Of a stretch of DNA of 64,000 nt, positions 13,964 to 29,084 are shown in pieces; within the stretch, counting starts at the first letter, position 1; each line of letters opens with the position of its first letter. Under the pieces are notes generated by a model. The model worked only from the letters and a program-made list of their open reading frames with translations. It was not told where the DNA came from and did no database searches. Location of the stretch: the NCBI RefSeq assembly GCF_006345805.1, contig NC_043002.1, forward strand, positions 81,592,001-81,656,000. The letters run 5' to 3'. The position numbers and the translations under genes are program-made. The stretch comes from Octopus sinensis (taxonomy: Eukaryota).

Positions 13964-15177
13964 TAATAAAAAATATATCCGTTAAGTCTGATGAATTTGC
14001 AGAATCGTTAGAGTGTCGTACAATAGTACTTCACCTTATTTATTCCGGTTCTTTGCACTCCGAGTTCAAATCCCAATGAAATCAGCCTTGGTTTCCTTTT
14101 ACTCTTTTTTTTTTAGATCGATAAATAAAGTAACAACAAGTCAGTTTCATTAACTAACTCCCTCCCTCCAAATGTCCTACCGTTTGTATATATTAAAGCC
14201 GATTGTATGTCTAGGGATACTCTGGATATTAATCAACAATAAAAACAACTGCTCCTTCCTTCCCCATAACATTTTTTCATTCTTTATATTCATTAACTTT
14301 CATTCGTTCATTCACGTATTCATTCCGCTAATCACTCATTATCTGTTATCAATTTATTTATTCTTTTATTATCTAACATTTTATTTATGCGTGAGATAGA
14401 GGTCAGCACTGTATTTCCTTTGACAAGCTTTATTTTTTTTTATCTATTTATTAATTACGTTAGTTATCTCTCTTGTGTCTATTTTCTTCTACATTTTTTT
14501 TTTCATATTATGCACCTCTTCCTTCTCCTCTCGCATTCTTCTCTTCTCTTCTCTTCTCTTCTCTTCCCTTCCCCTCCTCTTCTTTTCTTCTCCTCCTCCC
14601 CCTCGTTCTACTCTATTTTTTTCTCATTTTTACCAGCATTTTCTCTTACTATTCCCCTTCCATTTTTCTTTCTTGTATTTTATTATCTTTTATTATTTTG
14701 CTATGGTCTTCTTTTGTCTTCTGGTCTACTATATCTTATTTCATTCATTTCTCTTTTACCTTCTCTTCTTCTCTTCTTCTTCTTCTTCTTCTTCTTTCTT
14801 CTTCTCTTCTTCTTCTTCTTCTTCTTTCTTCCCCCTCCTCTTCCTCCGCCTTTTTTTCCCTCGCCTTCTCCTCTCTTCTCACCTACGGAGTTCTTCCATA
14901 AATGAATTTCAAATCAGACGGGATTAGAATGATAAAATTATAAATGCCAAACGAAAATAAATAAATAAATAAATAAAACAGAAAAAAGAGTAAAAGAAAA
15001 GAAAAGTGCAATCAAAGCTAATTCTCTGTACCTTAATCTAATCCGTTAATCTTGGTCATGCAGCAGACTTCATTTCCCAAGAGGTGGCATGGAAATGGCT
15101 AAAATGAAATCGAAGCTGTTAAAGCCAAAATTTGATCGTACCCGTTCTTCATTGTGTTTCAAGATACAAAAAAGGAG

Positions 15178-16507
15178 GATGACAGAAGAAGAAGAAAAGA
15201 AAAGAAGAAGAGAACAAGAAGAACAAGAAGAACAAGAACAAGAACAAGAACAACAACAGAACAAGTGAGACCACAAACAAAGCAAAAGAAGAGAAGGAAG
15301 GAGAAAAGAACGAAAAAGAAATGAACAGAGGAGAAAGAGGAACGAAGAAGAAAAGAAAAAGAACAGAAAGAAAAAGAAGAACAAGAAGACAGAACAAAAA
15401 GAAGAAGAAACAAAGAAAGAAAAGAAGAACAGAAGAACAAGAAGAAAAAGAAACAAGAAGAACAAGAAGAAGAAAGAAGAAGAAACAGAAGAAGAGAAGA
15501 AGAAGAAGAACAACAAACAACAGAAGAAGAAGGACGAAGAAGAAGAAGAAAGAAGAGAAGAACAGAAGAAGAGAAGAGAAGAGAACAACAAACAAACAAA
15601 CAAGCAAGGACGAAGAAGAAGAAGAAGAGGAGAAGAAGGAGAAAGAAGAAGAAAGAAGAAGAAGAAGGAAGAAGACGAAAGAAGAAGAAGAAGAAGAAGA
15701 AACAAGAAGAAGAAGAAAGAAGAAGAAGAAGAGAAGAAGAAGAAGAAGAGACAGAAAGAACAAGAAACAACAAGAAAAAAGAAGAAGAAGAAGAAGAGAA
15801 GAAGAAGAAGAGAAGGAGAAGAAGAGAAGAGAAGGAAGAAGAAGAAAGAAAGAACAGAGAAGAAAGAAAGAAGAGAAGAAGAAGAAGAAGAAAGAAGAAG
15901 AAGAAGAAGAAGAGAAGAAGAAGGAAGAAGAAGAAAGAGAGAGAAGAAGAAGAAGAGAAGAAGAGAAAGAAGAAGAGAAGAAGAGAGAAAGAAGAAGAAG
16001 AAGAAGAACAACAACAAAAACAACAACAACAGCAAGAAGAAGAAGAAAGAAGAAGAAGAAGAAGAAGAAGAAAAGAAGAAGCAAAGAAGAAAAAAGCAAG
16101 AAGAAGAACAAGAAGACAAGAAGAAGAAGAAGAAGAAGAAGAAGAGAAGAAGAGAAGAAGAGAAGAAGAAGAAGAAGAGAGAAACAAAAAGAAGAAGAAG
16201 AGAAGAAGAAGGAGAAGGAGAAGAAGAAGGAGGAAGGAGAAGAGAGAAGAAGAAGAAGAAGAAAAGAGAAGAGAGAAGAAAGAAGAAAGAAGAAGAAGAA
16301 GAAAGAAGAAGAAGAAGAAGTAAAGAAGAAGAAGAAGAAGAAGAACAACAACAACAACAACAACAACAGCAAGAAGAAGGAGAAGAGAAGAAGAAGAAGA
16401 AGAACAACAAAACAACAACAACAACAATAACAAGAGGAAGAAGAAGAAGAAGAAGAAGAAGAAGAAGAAGAAGAAGAAGAAGAAGAAGAAGAAGAAGAAG
16501 AAGAAGG
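15178..16507 (+). repeat. ~1.3-kb degenerate (GAA/CAA)n purine-rich tract; opposite-polarity (CTT)-rich tract at ~14500-14895
   Basis: Direct reading; all overlapping long ORFs (K/E/R or F/L/S runs) are repeat translations. Confidence 0.95.
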
Positions 16508-16830
16508 AAGTGATTGAACGGATCGATGGATGGAATGGAATGGACGGATGAGTGAATGGGCGAACAGATCTTGTTCTCTAGCGTGGCAATAGCTATGGTT
16601 TAGGGTAGAGGTAATATCGTGAGGAAATGACATTGTGCATTGAGGTGGAGGTAACAAAATATGGACCAGAATAGCAGAATAAAGGTATGCTGGACGTCAA
16701 TTGAAAATAAATGCACGCATGCGTGCATATTTAAGTAGAATACGTATAATGACTATTTGGTATTAATAGCTCTCTCTCTCTCTCGCACACGCTCTCTCTC
16801 TCTTTCTCTCTCTCTATACACATATACACT

Positions 16831-16877
<47 letters not shown>

Positions 16878-17018
16878 GGAGGGAGATATATATATATATA
16901 TATGTATGTATATATATATATATATACACATATACATATATGTGTGTATGTGTGTGTTTGTGTGTGCATAGAACTCCTCTCCGCATATGAGTGTTTGTGT
17001 GTGTGCACGCACGTGCAC

Positions 17019-17094
<76 letters not shown>

Positions 17095-17389
17095 ACAACT
17101 CAAGATATTTATTTCTTCATTTCTATAAAATCTGCCATGAATATTCCTACTTCATTTCATTTCGATTCTTTTATTCATTTTTTTCTTAATACCTTTTTTA
17201 TATATTGATATTTCTAATATTGCTGTTGTTTTGTTTTGCTTTTCGTTTTTTTGTTTTTTGCTTTTTTTTTGTTTTTTGGAAGTGGAATATCTTTTTTTCT
17301 TTTTTCTTCACACTTATCCTTCTTTCTTTTCAACTTTACTCTGTTCATATGTATCAAACTGCACTGCACGATTAACCCCTTCGTACGTC

Positions 17390-17486
<97 letters not shown>

Positions 17487-17654
17487 GAGAGAGAGTGAGA
17501 GTGAGAGAGGGGGAAGTGGCAAAGAAGTGGTCGATGAATATATATAAATATATATGTAATTATGTACATACACCAACATGCATATACATATAGGTATATG
17601 TAAATATATAGCCATATCTATATGTATAAACGTATGAGTGTGTGTGTGTGTGTG

Positions 17655-17691
<37 letters not shown>

Positions 17692-17787
17692 CACTCTCAT
17701 TTATATATATATATATATATACATACATACACTCTCATTTATGTATATATATATATATATATTATATATATATATAGAGAGAGAGAG

Positions 17788-17850
<63 letters not shown>

Positions 17851-17851
17851 G

Positions 17852-17935
<84 letters not shown>

Positions 17936-17956
17936 GTATATATATTTGGGTGGGGG

Positions 17957-18042
17957 GCGAACATGTCAACTCTTTCTCTCCGACCCTTACTTTTACTGCC
18001 TCTTCCTCTCACAGGCACTAATTCTTATCTCACCATTCACAC

Positions 18043-18101
<59 letters not shown>

Positions 18102-18938
18102 GACACACAGAGGTGAACCGAGAGAGAGAGACTCGCATACACATACACACATACATAAACAGAAGAAGACACGGACACCTTTGCATTCTATCTCTAACGA
18201 TCTCTCCCTCTCATTCTCTCTATCTTTCTCTCTCTCTCTTTACCTTCTCTCTCTCTTTCTATCACCTCATCTCTATTTCCCACCACCACCACTACCACCA
18301 AAACAAACCTAACCCATTACTGTTATCATATACCCATCCATTCACCTCTTCGGCATTTTCATATTCAAATTCTTTAATTATTCTTTTCCAGCCAATTCGA
18401 AAGAAGGAATGGAGATTCCTGACTATCGTTTCCAACCATATACCCATGAAGAACACCTCCACTCTCACTCTATTCACCAACAACAACTAACCCCTCTACA
18501 ACCAGTACCCGCCACCGGAACCACTCCCCCCACCACCACCACCACCATCGCAACCACTACTCTCACGAATACCACTGCAACCACCGATCATTGCCACCAT
18601 CTTGATCACAATCAAGACCATTATAAATACAAGTACGTGTTACCACCACCACCATCAAGACCCACCACCACCACCACCACCATCACCCTTCACTATGATT
18701 ACTTCCATCGTCCTCTTCGTTTTCATGTATCGTACGCTTTTACAGCACTTGTGTGTATGTGTGTGTGTGTGTATGTGTTCGCGCGCGAACATGTCAACTG
18801 TTTCTCTCCGACCCTTGCTTTTACTTCCTCTCCCTCTCATAGGCAACTAAGTTTTATCTCACCCTTCACACACACACACACACATGCATACACACACACG
18901 CGCATGCACACGCACAAAGACACACACAGATGAACCAG
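17957..18938. repeat. Local direct duplication (17957-18122 / 18785-18938)
   Basis: cgaacatgtcaact.tttctctccgaccctt..tctcacc.ttc(AC)n aaagacacacaga occurs twice, ~830 bp apart. Confidence 0.8.
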
Positions 18939-19065
18939 AACGAAGTAACGTTGTCGATTCATTCGACTGGAGGACTCGCGTTTAATCGGGAATGCGCTCC
19001 AGCAAAATCTCTTTCCGATTAAACGCGAGTCCTCCAGTCGAATGAATCGACAACGTTACTTCGTT
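18939..19065. other. Perfect 51-bp inverted repeat with a 25-nt loop
   Basis: 18939-18989 is the exact reverse complement of 19015-19065. Confidence 0.9.
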
Positions 19066-19068
19066 ATT

Positions 19069-19477
19069 CTTACTCTTTTTATTCTTTTACTTGTTTCAGT
19101 CATTTGACTGCGGCCATGCTGGAACACCGCCTTTAGTCGAGCTAATCGACCCCAGGACGTATTCTTTGTAAGCCTAGTACTTATTCTATCCGTCTTTTTT
19201 GCCGAGCCACTAAGTTACGGAGGTGTAAATACACCAACATCAGTTGTCAAGCGATGTTGGAGGGGCCAAACACAGACACAAACACACACACATATAAATA
19301 CATATACATATATACGACGGGCTTCTTTCAGTTTCCGTCTACCAAATCCACTCACAAGGCTTTGGTCGGCCCGAAGCTATAGTAGAAGACACTTGCCCAA
19401 GGTGCCACACAGTGGGACTGAACCCGGTACTATGTGGTTGGTAAACAAGCTATTTACCACACAGCCACTCACGCGCC
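19069..19477 (-). mobile_element. SINE family A, full length
   Basis: Reverse complement matches 7742-8195. Confidence 0.9.
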
Positions 19478-20597
19478 TATTCTGGCTTTTCTCAGAGTGT
19501 TTTCTTGGCAAAGCTAGGTTCCATAGAGATTCATAGAGATTTATACGGCCGGTTTCCTGGATTCTGTGATGTATATGTCCCACCCTGGACGGGACGCCGG
19601 TCCGTCGTAGGAATACTTATTTTTGCCAGCTAAGTCGACTAGTGCAATGTACAAAGGAAGCGATTTGCACAAGAACACAACACATCGCCCGATCCAGGAA
19701 GTGAAACCTCAATATCACGATAATGGTTTTAACACTCTAACCACTAAATTGCGCGCTGCACATTGACTTTGGGCAGAGTGCCGTTGCTTTCCCCAACTAG
19801 TCGGCCGTTGCCAAACAAGGAGCTCACCCGGCCTTCGACAGATATTGTTTTTAGTCCTGCTGCGTGACAAGAACACCTTCCTCACAAGAGCAGCAAGCTA
19901 GTCAAGTGGAGGAGCCGGCTCAGTTGGCGCCCACCCGGCTATGGAGCCGGTAGTACTGGTTTACATGGTACCAGTAGCAGCTCTCGTCAGCCCTTGATGG
20001 GATCCCTGATCTGGCTTCCATCGCCACCATGTAATACCATTACCATTACCCCCACCACCACCACCACTTGGCCTGACCCTCAGTCGGTTACGACGATGAG
20101 GGTTCCAGCTGATTCGATTAGCCGAACAGCCTGCTCGAGAAATTAACGTACAAGTGATTGGGCACTCCACAGACACGTGAGCCCTAAACGTAGTTCTCGA
20201 GGAGATTCAGCGTGACACAGAGTGTGACAAAGCTGACTCTTTAAATTACATTCTTGACAGCTGGGTGGACTGGTGCAATGAAAAATTATTTTTTTTTTAC
20301 TCTTTACTCAAGGATATATTGCGCCACCCGGAATCGAACTAATAACCTTACGATCGTGCGCCGAATAGCCTAACCATTAAGCCACGCGCCAGTTAATACA
20401 TACTCTGTACCACCAGTTACTAACAGTGCGACAGCAGCTGCTTGTCATAATTCGGATAAGTCAGCAATGTTCGGACAACGGTCGACGAGGTGTGCAATAT
20501 GTATTGGAGCCAATGTGATTGACTAACACCCGTTCAAGACGGTGCCCCAACACGCTCACAATCTAATGACTGAAATAAACTCTGTGTATGTGTGTGA

Positions 20598-20694
<97 letters not shown>

Positions 20695-21164
20695 TGAGTG
20701 TGTGTGTGGTACTGAAAGGCAAGCTGGGTCTTGATGAACCTCGGCTGGATTAAAAGAGCGAGGAAGTATGATGCTGAAAGCCCCGTAAAACCCTGAAATT
20801 CCAGAAGCACCACCATGCGACGCTAATGTGAGTGTAGAATTTAGCCCTAGATCTGTCAGTGGATCCCAGAAATATTACCAAACCAAAGATCTCAGGAACT
20901 GGTCCATAACGATAATAAAAATAATAGCGGCACTGATGCTGATCATAGTAATAAGAAGCAGCAGGTTCCGTGGAAATTTCGGTTCTGGTACATAAATTTA
21001 TAAATCTTTATTACATAGCTTTATTATGTTAAAGATTCTGGTTATGTCTGTCCTTGATTTTTATTCCATAGTTAACGTGGTTTATAGAATAACCTTTAAA
21101 TTCATATACTGTAACAAGCTGAATAATATTATAGAGAATAATTATAATAATTTTAATTAAGATG

Positions 21165-21385
21165 ATGAGAGCAGGGATCTGATAGAATCGTTAGCACGCC
21201 GGGCAAAATGCTTTGCGGCATTTCGTCCGTCTCTACGTTCTGAGTTCAAATTCTGCCGAAGTCGACGTTGCCTTTCGTCGTTATTTCGGGGTCGATAAAA
21301 TAAGTACCAGTTGAGTAATAGGGATCGATGTAATCGACTTAACCCCATCCCACAAAAATGCTGGTCTCGTGCCAAAATTTGCAAT
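21165..21385 (+). mobile_element. tRNA-head SINE family E; copies at 13250-13449 (-), 40300-40460 (+) and 41620-41838 (-), plus decayed ones near 10.1, 11.7, 14.0 and 41.9 kb
   Basis: gaatcgttagcacgccgggc..gagttcaaattc.gccgaggtcgac.ttgcctttc..ggggtcgataaaataagtaccag core. Confidence 0.88.
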
Positions 21386-21386
21386 C

Positions 21387-21417
<31 letters not shown>

Positions 21418-22614
21418 GATGATGACGGCGACGATGTGTGGTGGTGGTATTGGTGGTGGTGGTGGTGGTGTGGTGGTGGTGGTGGTGGTGATGAGGATGC
21501 TGAATGCGATGGCGATGACAGCGATACGATAGACTCAGAGGAAGACGCTGGAATGACATTGATGACAACAGTGATTGTGGGCCTTCAAAAATTATACGAA
21601 TAATGAAGATATGTGTGTGGTAAAAATGGCTCTTCATAAGTCTATAATATATAAAAGCAAAAGGAAGAATAAGAAAGAGGAGGAACAAGAGGAAGACGAA
21701 TAGGAAGTCTAAGGGGAAAGATAAAATACAACAACAACAACATCAACAATATAATTATATCAGACCGGACATAAATTTTGATAAGTTTTGTTAATCCAAT
21801 TATATTTCTTAGTAAAATCAATAGAAACGTAGTTTGTTTGACACCTCTCATGTCACTTACTCAGCCTTTGATTGTATTGTTTGTCTGTGTATCTGACTTC
21901 TTCTTCTTCTTCTTCTTCTCATTCTTCTTCTTCTTCTTCTTCTTCTTCTTCTTCTTCTTCTTCTTCTTCTTCTTCTTCTTCTTCTTCTCTTCTTCTTCTT
22001 CATCATCCTTATCCTCTTCCTCCATCTTCTCTCTCCTCCTTCTTCCTCCTTTTCCTCTTCCTATATTTAAAAACTTATGGGAAGCCATCACCACATTCAT
22101 CTTCATTATATATGTGTGCGCGCGCGCGTGTGCGCGTGCGTGTGTGTGTGCGCGCGTGTGTGTGTGAGTGTGTTTGTGTGTGTATATGTGTATGTATGTA
22201 TATTTAATTACAAATTCTATTGTCAGCAGTCATGCACATTCTTCTTCTTTTTCTTCTTCTTCTTTTTCTTCTTCTTCTTCTTCTTCTTCTTCTTCTTCTT
22301 CTTCTTCTTCTTCTTCTTCTTCTGTACCTACAGTGTTCTTATCCTTGTTTTCGTCCATGTCGTCACGTTCCTCATTGTCGTCGTCGCCATCATCATCATC
22401 ATCATCATCATTCATCATCACCACCACCACCATCATCATCATCTTATGTGTGTGCACGTATATATGTATACATATATGTATATGTATTTATGTGTATAAC
22501 ATGCATTTATACATGCACATACATATATATACACATATATATATATATATAAGTATATATACTTATACGTATATATGCATGCACACACACACACATATGT
22601 AAGCTTGTCGTATA

Positions 22615-22651
<37 letters not shown>

Positions 22652-22921
22652 GTGTGTGTATGTGTATGTGGTATGTCTTTGTGTGTGTGTTTCTCCCGTA
22701 TCGCCCCTTGACAATCTGTATTTGTGTGCTTATGTTCATCTTTCTTTTCTTGCACGGACGTGTTTTTCTCTCTCTTCTATATTTTCTCTTTTCCCAAAAA
22801 ATGTTTCCCCCAGCCTTCACTATTTTCCTCCCGTTCTGGTCTAACGACCCTCCATATTTGTTTTCGTTCGGTTTCCTTGTGGGTCTTACCATTTTTATCA
22901 TTTTATATATATGCATATATA

Positions 22922-22972
<51 letters not shown>

Positions 22973-22976
<4 letters not shown>

Positions 22977-23125
22977 AGAGTTTACGAAAAAAACAAAAGA
23001 CGAAGACAGGTGGTGTACAAAACAAACAGATGTATTAGTATAACGCTAATAGTTTCGAGCCTACGCTCTTCTACAGAAAGGGACACAGAAAAAACAAGGC
23101 GAGAAACAAGGACAGAAAAAAAATG
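22973..23125 (-). mobile_element. Short repeat fragment after (TA)n with a hammerhead-like motif
   Basis: Minus strand CTGTAGA-A-GAGC-GTAG-GCTC-GAAAC (23052-23076) with a perfect stem II; the core A6 is substituted. Confidence 0.4.
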
Positions 23126-24496
23126 TGTGTAGTAGCTACACACAAGACGGGCTTCTTTCTTTCAATGTCTGTCTACCAAATCCACTCACAAGGCTTTGGT
23201 CGGCCTGAGGCTACAGTAGAGGACACTTGCCCAATGTGCCACGCAGTGAGACTGAACTCGAAACCATATGGTTATAAAAGAAAGCTTCTTAGCACACAGC
23301 CACGCCTGTACACAAATTTCGAACATATACATATGATGTTATCGCATTTTGAGGCAATGTTACTTGTGTATTTTACTATTTATTCTAAAACTCTAGCAGA
23401 TCAGATTTCTCTTATTAACTATTTTCTGGAAACAGAACGTCATATAAGATATAACTCCAATTGATAGGATATTTGTGAAATCAGATCTTCATCGTGTCGG
23501 AAATTTTTGGAATTTCATAAATTGAACAATTTTTATATAGAATACTTTCGTATTCTGTCTACGATTAACGATTTATTTCCTGCAGAAGATTCCAGAAAGA
23601 TGAAACCAAATTGATCCAGGATATTTAATACATTATTTTGTCATAAAGTATATACGTGTGTATATGTACGTAACTATGAGTATATTTAAGTATACATATA
23701 TGTATGTGTATATGTATGCATGCGTTTGTATATATATATATATATATATATTTATGAGTCTGTGTGTGTGTGTATGTATGTATGTATGTATGAATCAACG
23801 TATGTATGAATCAACGTGTGTACGTACGTATGTATGTGGCGATTGCTGTATGATTAAGTGGTTTGTTTCGCAACAACAACTTTCCGAGTTCAATTTAACT
23901 GTGCGGTGTTGCATTGATTTTTTGAGCGGAAGTTAGTATCCGGAAACACTAATACACACCCACACACATATATATACACATACATACAAACATACATATA
24001 CATACATAATACAACATACATACATACATACATACATACATACATACATACATCGTTGAAGCAACACGTTTTTGTTTGTCTCCCGCGGCTATAAGGCACA
24101 ACTCATAAGCCAGCCTCAAATCAACTCGTCCTGTCGAAAATACCCTGTCCTACGTCCTGGTTTGTTTTTTATCCTTACTTTGTTGTTTACGTTTTGTATT
24201 CTTATTCGTGCTTCCTTATGTTTTCACGTATTTCTGTATTTTTATTCGTTTACAATCGTTTCGTTTTCCGTCCTTGTGTTGTATACATTCGAAGTTCTTC
24301 CAAGGATCTAATGCGCTTGGCTTAGATTCCTTGGGGGCTGCCAGGTCGGAGCAATCTCAAGATAATCAGCCGAAATTGCGAAGATGATCCGGTTCTTGAC
24401 TGAAGATTGAGGGCTTCGAATGTCCGTCCTGTGGTCTTGTGTCGTCTTCTAGGTTTTTACGTTATTGTCCCAGTTTGTATATTTTTTTTTACTTTT

Positions 24497-24534
<38 letters not shown>

Positions 24535-24589
24535 TATATATAATACATGATACTTACATGCATACATAAATACATACATAAATACATAC

Positions 24590-24628
<39 letters not shown>

Positions 24629-25646
24629 AGATATATATATATACATACATGCATACTTACATGCATGCGTAATACATCATACATACATACATACATACAT
24701 AATACATACATACATACTAATACATACATACATACATACATACACAAATATAAACACACACACACACTCTCACACACAGAGTCAGACATGGTGACTGCTC
24801 CGTCTTCACAGGTTTCTGCCGTCTCCTTCTGCATCTTCGTTATCAATTTCTGACTTTCCATCCACGACTTTTTCAGATGACTATTCAGTCCCGTTGCTGA
24901 TCTGCTTGCTTTCAAGCATAGACGAAAGACGAAAGTTTTAATTAACCGTCAGCTTTCAACTCGTTAGATCTGCACACGTCACAACTTTTCGATCTCCCCA
25001 TTATATTCTCAGTAACTGGAGCGACAAATGACATCACCAAAAAAAAAGGCACCTGCATATCATTGGCTTATAATGGTAAATGCTTGTAGAACACGAGTAC
25101 CATTCTCTGAGTTTCGGTGATTAGTATTTAGTGAGTTGCTGGGGAGAAAAGACTAGTAATAACTTGAAACTGCAGGTTTTACGTCAAGGTGTTCCTCCCC
25201 TAAAAGGAGGCTTGTGACAGTAGCAAAGAGTCATTAATTCCTTGACAGATGTTACTATTCCGGGTCAGAGTAGACTTGAGAATAATTGTGGCTAAGAGGT
25301 GGTTCCACAGTCTTCAAGAACCAGGAACTTCCGAACTAGAACCTCACTACCAGATTCAGAGATGCAGTTTAAAAAAAAACCTCTGGGCGACATACATACA
25401 TACATATTATAATAGATCAAGGTTCAAACGTTTTTTTTTTTTTAATGTTCTGTACACATATATGCACGTATATATACATTTATATGTAGGTATGTACATA
25501 TATGTATGTATATATGCATATATTTATATATCATTTATATTATCATATGACCGAACGCCACGCGTCCTTTTCCAAGTACATACCTACCTACCTACACATA
25601 CATACATACATACATACATACATACATACATACATACATACATACA

Positions 25647-25680
<34 letters not shown>

Positions 25681-25766
25681 CGTATCGACTTTCTAAGCAG
25701 TACTTTCTTTCAAACATGATTTGATCTTTCCAATGAAATAATATATTGTCCAAATACATACATGCT

Positions 25767-25826
<60 letters not shown>

Positions 25827-25885
25827 CGTGTGCATGCATGTGCTGTATCGGCGTACGTATATATACATACATATATGTGTGCGTG

Positions 25886-25924
<39 letters not shown>

Positions 25925-25935
<11 letters not shown>

Positions 25936-26365
25936 AACGGCAGTTTGGTCTGTCTGTGTGTCTGTGGTCTGTCAGGTTGTGTACCCTCACCCTGACCACG
26001 GCTTTAACCGATTCTGATGATGAAACTTGACACCCACATAGCCCAATGTCATATTCAAAACTAACTTAGCGAAAATTTTGAAAAAGTTCCCCAGTTCTGA
26101 AAAAAATTGATAAATTCGACATGGGGTCGAGAATCTAAGCTTTTTATGCAACACATTTTCTGTCTAGGGGACACAATTCGACCTTTTTATCGCCCAAAGG
26201 GACAGCTAGGAAACATCGTATACACAGAAGTATTCGAAAGTGAGAGAAAGACATTGCAACCCTACACATGAACCTTCGTCCCAAGAGGGAACGGACTAGA
26301 TTGGGATCAGTCGTTGCCTACTAGGGGCTCTTACATACCCGGGCAACGCCGGGCTATGCTGCTAG
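25925..26365 (+). mobile_element. Non-autonomous Helitron-like element
   Basis: 5' TATATAAACGGCA plus (TGTC) repeats; 3' GC hairpin cccgggcaacgccggg (26338-26353) followed by CTAG|T. The 5' edge is blurred by (TA)n. Confidence 0.75.
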
Positions 26366-26635
26366 TATATAATAAATGCGCCCTTTTAAAGCCTAGCCAG
26401 GCTCATAGGCCCGTTTTCCCGGTTTCAATGACGTATGTGTTCCTCGGCTGGACGGGATGCCAGTCCATCGCAGCGTTACTCATTTTTGCCAGGTGAGTGG
26501 ACTGGAGCAACGTGAAAATGAAGTGTTTTGCTCAAGAACACAACGCGTCGTCCGGTCCAGGAATCGAAACCACAATCTTACGATCATGATGCTGACACCC
26601 TAACCACTAAGCCACGCGCCTCCACACACACACAT

Positions 26636-26666
<31 letters not shown>

Positions 26667-27409
26667 TATATATATGCACACACACACATACAACACACAC
26701 ATATATATTAATACGCACATGCACAAACACGCATACACATACACACAGATATATATATACATAGATGCATGTGTATGTATGCGTGTGTGTGGTGTGTGCG
26801 TGTGTTGTGTGTGCGCGCGTGCGCGTGTGTGTGTGTGTGCATACACATACACATCAGCATGATCAGTATGTGATAGTAAATAATAATGATAATAATTACA
26901 AACAAGAACAACAATAATGTGTTAAATGATTATTGCTGAGAAGAGAATGGCAAATGAGGATTTAGAACCATGATGGGTGTGAGAATGGTTGGGAGGGGGG
27001 GGGCAGAGAAGCGGAGTGGAGAAAGAGAGAAGGATGGAGAGGGACAAGGAGGAGGCGGGTGACGAAGACGTTGACAATCACGATGATGGTCGTCATCGTC
27101 ATCATCATCGTCGTCGTCGTCATTTGTTAATGGCAAAGATTTCCTGGTTGTGGTTGGTAACATTGATGATGAGGAAAAAAACAGGGGTCGCCATTAAACA
27201 GAAGAGAGAAGGCCCTGTGAGAATTCATTCCAATTTACTATAACATATTAATCTTCGGAAACGCCACCGCCGACAACACTACCAACACCGCCGCCGCCAT
27301 TACCGTGATCAGCACCAACGCGGACTCTTCCAATCCCACCCCCACCCCACCATAAAACTGTCGTTTTAAACATCGACGAAAGTGGAACGAGAACGTTTTC
27401 AATACCTTA

Positions 27410-27508
<99 letters not shown>

Positions 27509-27616
27509 CATACATATAAAACATATTTCGTCACATATATACATACATGTACGTATATATACATACATTTATGTATATGTACATACGTATATATGAATAT
27601 ATATATGTATATATTC

Positions 27617-27659
<43 letters not shown>

Positions 27660-27890
27660 TATATATATATATATATACATACATACACACATATATACAT
27701 ATATATATATATATATATAATATATATATACACTTATATAATACATAGAAATATACATGCAATATGCACCAGACATAGATACATACATATATGTAAACAT
27801 ATATTTATTTAGGCATATAGGTGCGTGAATATTTATGTATGTTTAACTATATATATATTCATATCTGTATCTATCTATCACATATCTATA

Positions 27891-27939
<49 letters not shown>

Positions 27940-28079
27940 ATGTGTGTCTGTGTGTATGTTTTTGCGTGTAGACGTTATGTATACGTACCCTAAACATATC
28001 TGTATATATACATATATACATCATATATACATATATCATACATATATATATATATTTTCTCTCTCTCTCTCTCTCTCTC

Positions 28080-28121
<42 letters not shown>

Positions 28122-28134
28122 ATCTATAGTATCT

Positions 28135-28165
<31 letters not shown>

Positions 28166-28579
28166 GTATATATAATACTTATAGATTAATATTTTGAACT
28201 CTATGTACCAGCTCATTTCATGATGTTTCTTTGTATAATATAGGTCGAAATAGATTTTATCAAATAGATAACCTTTATTTCTATAATTTTTTAAACATTT
28301 TTTTCATTTTGTTCTTCACAACAAGAACATGGTTTTATGTTCTTTTTCTTTTTGTTATTTTTAGTTCTTTTTATCTTTTTATTTGTCTATTTTTTTTATT
28401 TTATATCTTTGTTGATTCTTTTTCTTTTACTTTTCTTATATCCTTAACTTTTCTTGAACATTTCCAGCACAAATACAACGTATGAATTAATTATTATGTA
28501 TTATATTATATTTACGCGCGAGCACAGACACACACATTTTCACACATACAAGCGCACATAAACATACAAACATACGTAC

Positions 28580-28618
<39 letters not shown>

Positions 28619-28721
28619 CATACATACGTACGTACATATATGTGTATACATGTACTTATGTATATACATATACATATACATATATATATGTATATATATA
28701 TACATGTATCTAGACACACAT

Positions 28722-28759
<38 letters not shown>

Positions 28760-29048
28760 AATTGTACGAATGTATATGTATGCATATTTATGCACGTATG
28801 TATATATGTATACATGTATGTATGTATGTAGAGCCATCTCAATTTCGTTATTTGTATATATCTACTATCTCTCTACAGATGATAATGTGTATGTATGCAT
28901 ATACACACCTGTGTATATGTGCACATGTAGCGTTACCACACACACACACACACACGCACACATACACGCACATTATATATATATATTATATATATATATG
29001 CATATATATATGCATATATATAATCTATATATATATATATATATATAC

Positions 29049-29084
<36 letters not shown>

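Noticed and set aside
15070-16657. 369-502-aa ORFs
   Set aside because: Pure translations of a (GAA)n tract on both strands, with no protein-like complexity.
19745-20035. GC-rich non-repetitive-looking segment between SINEs
   Set aside because: All frames are interrupted and I recognise no motif; probably an unidentified repeat fragment.
26014-26026. CTGATGATGAAAC and similar CTGATGA hits (1352-1358 minus, 35754, 62777 minus)
   Set aside because: No stem II or no downstream GAAA, so they cannot fold as hammerheads.
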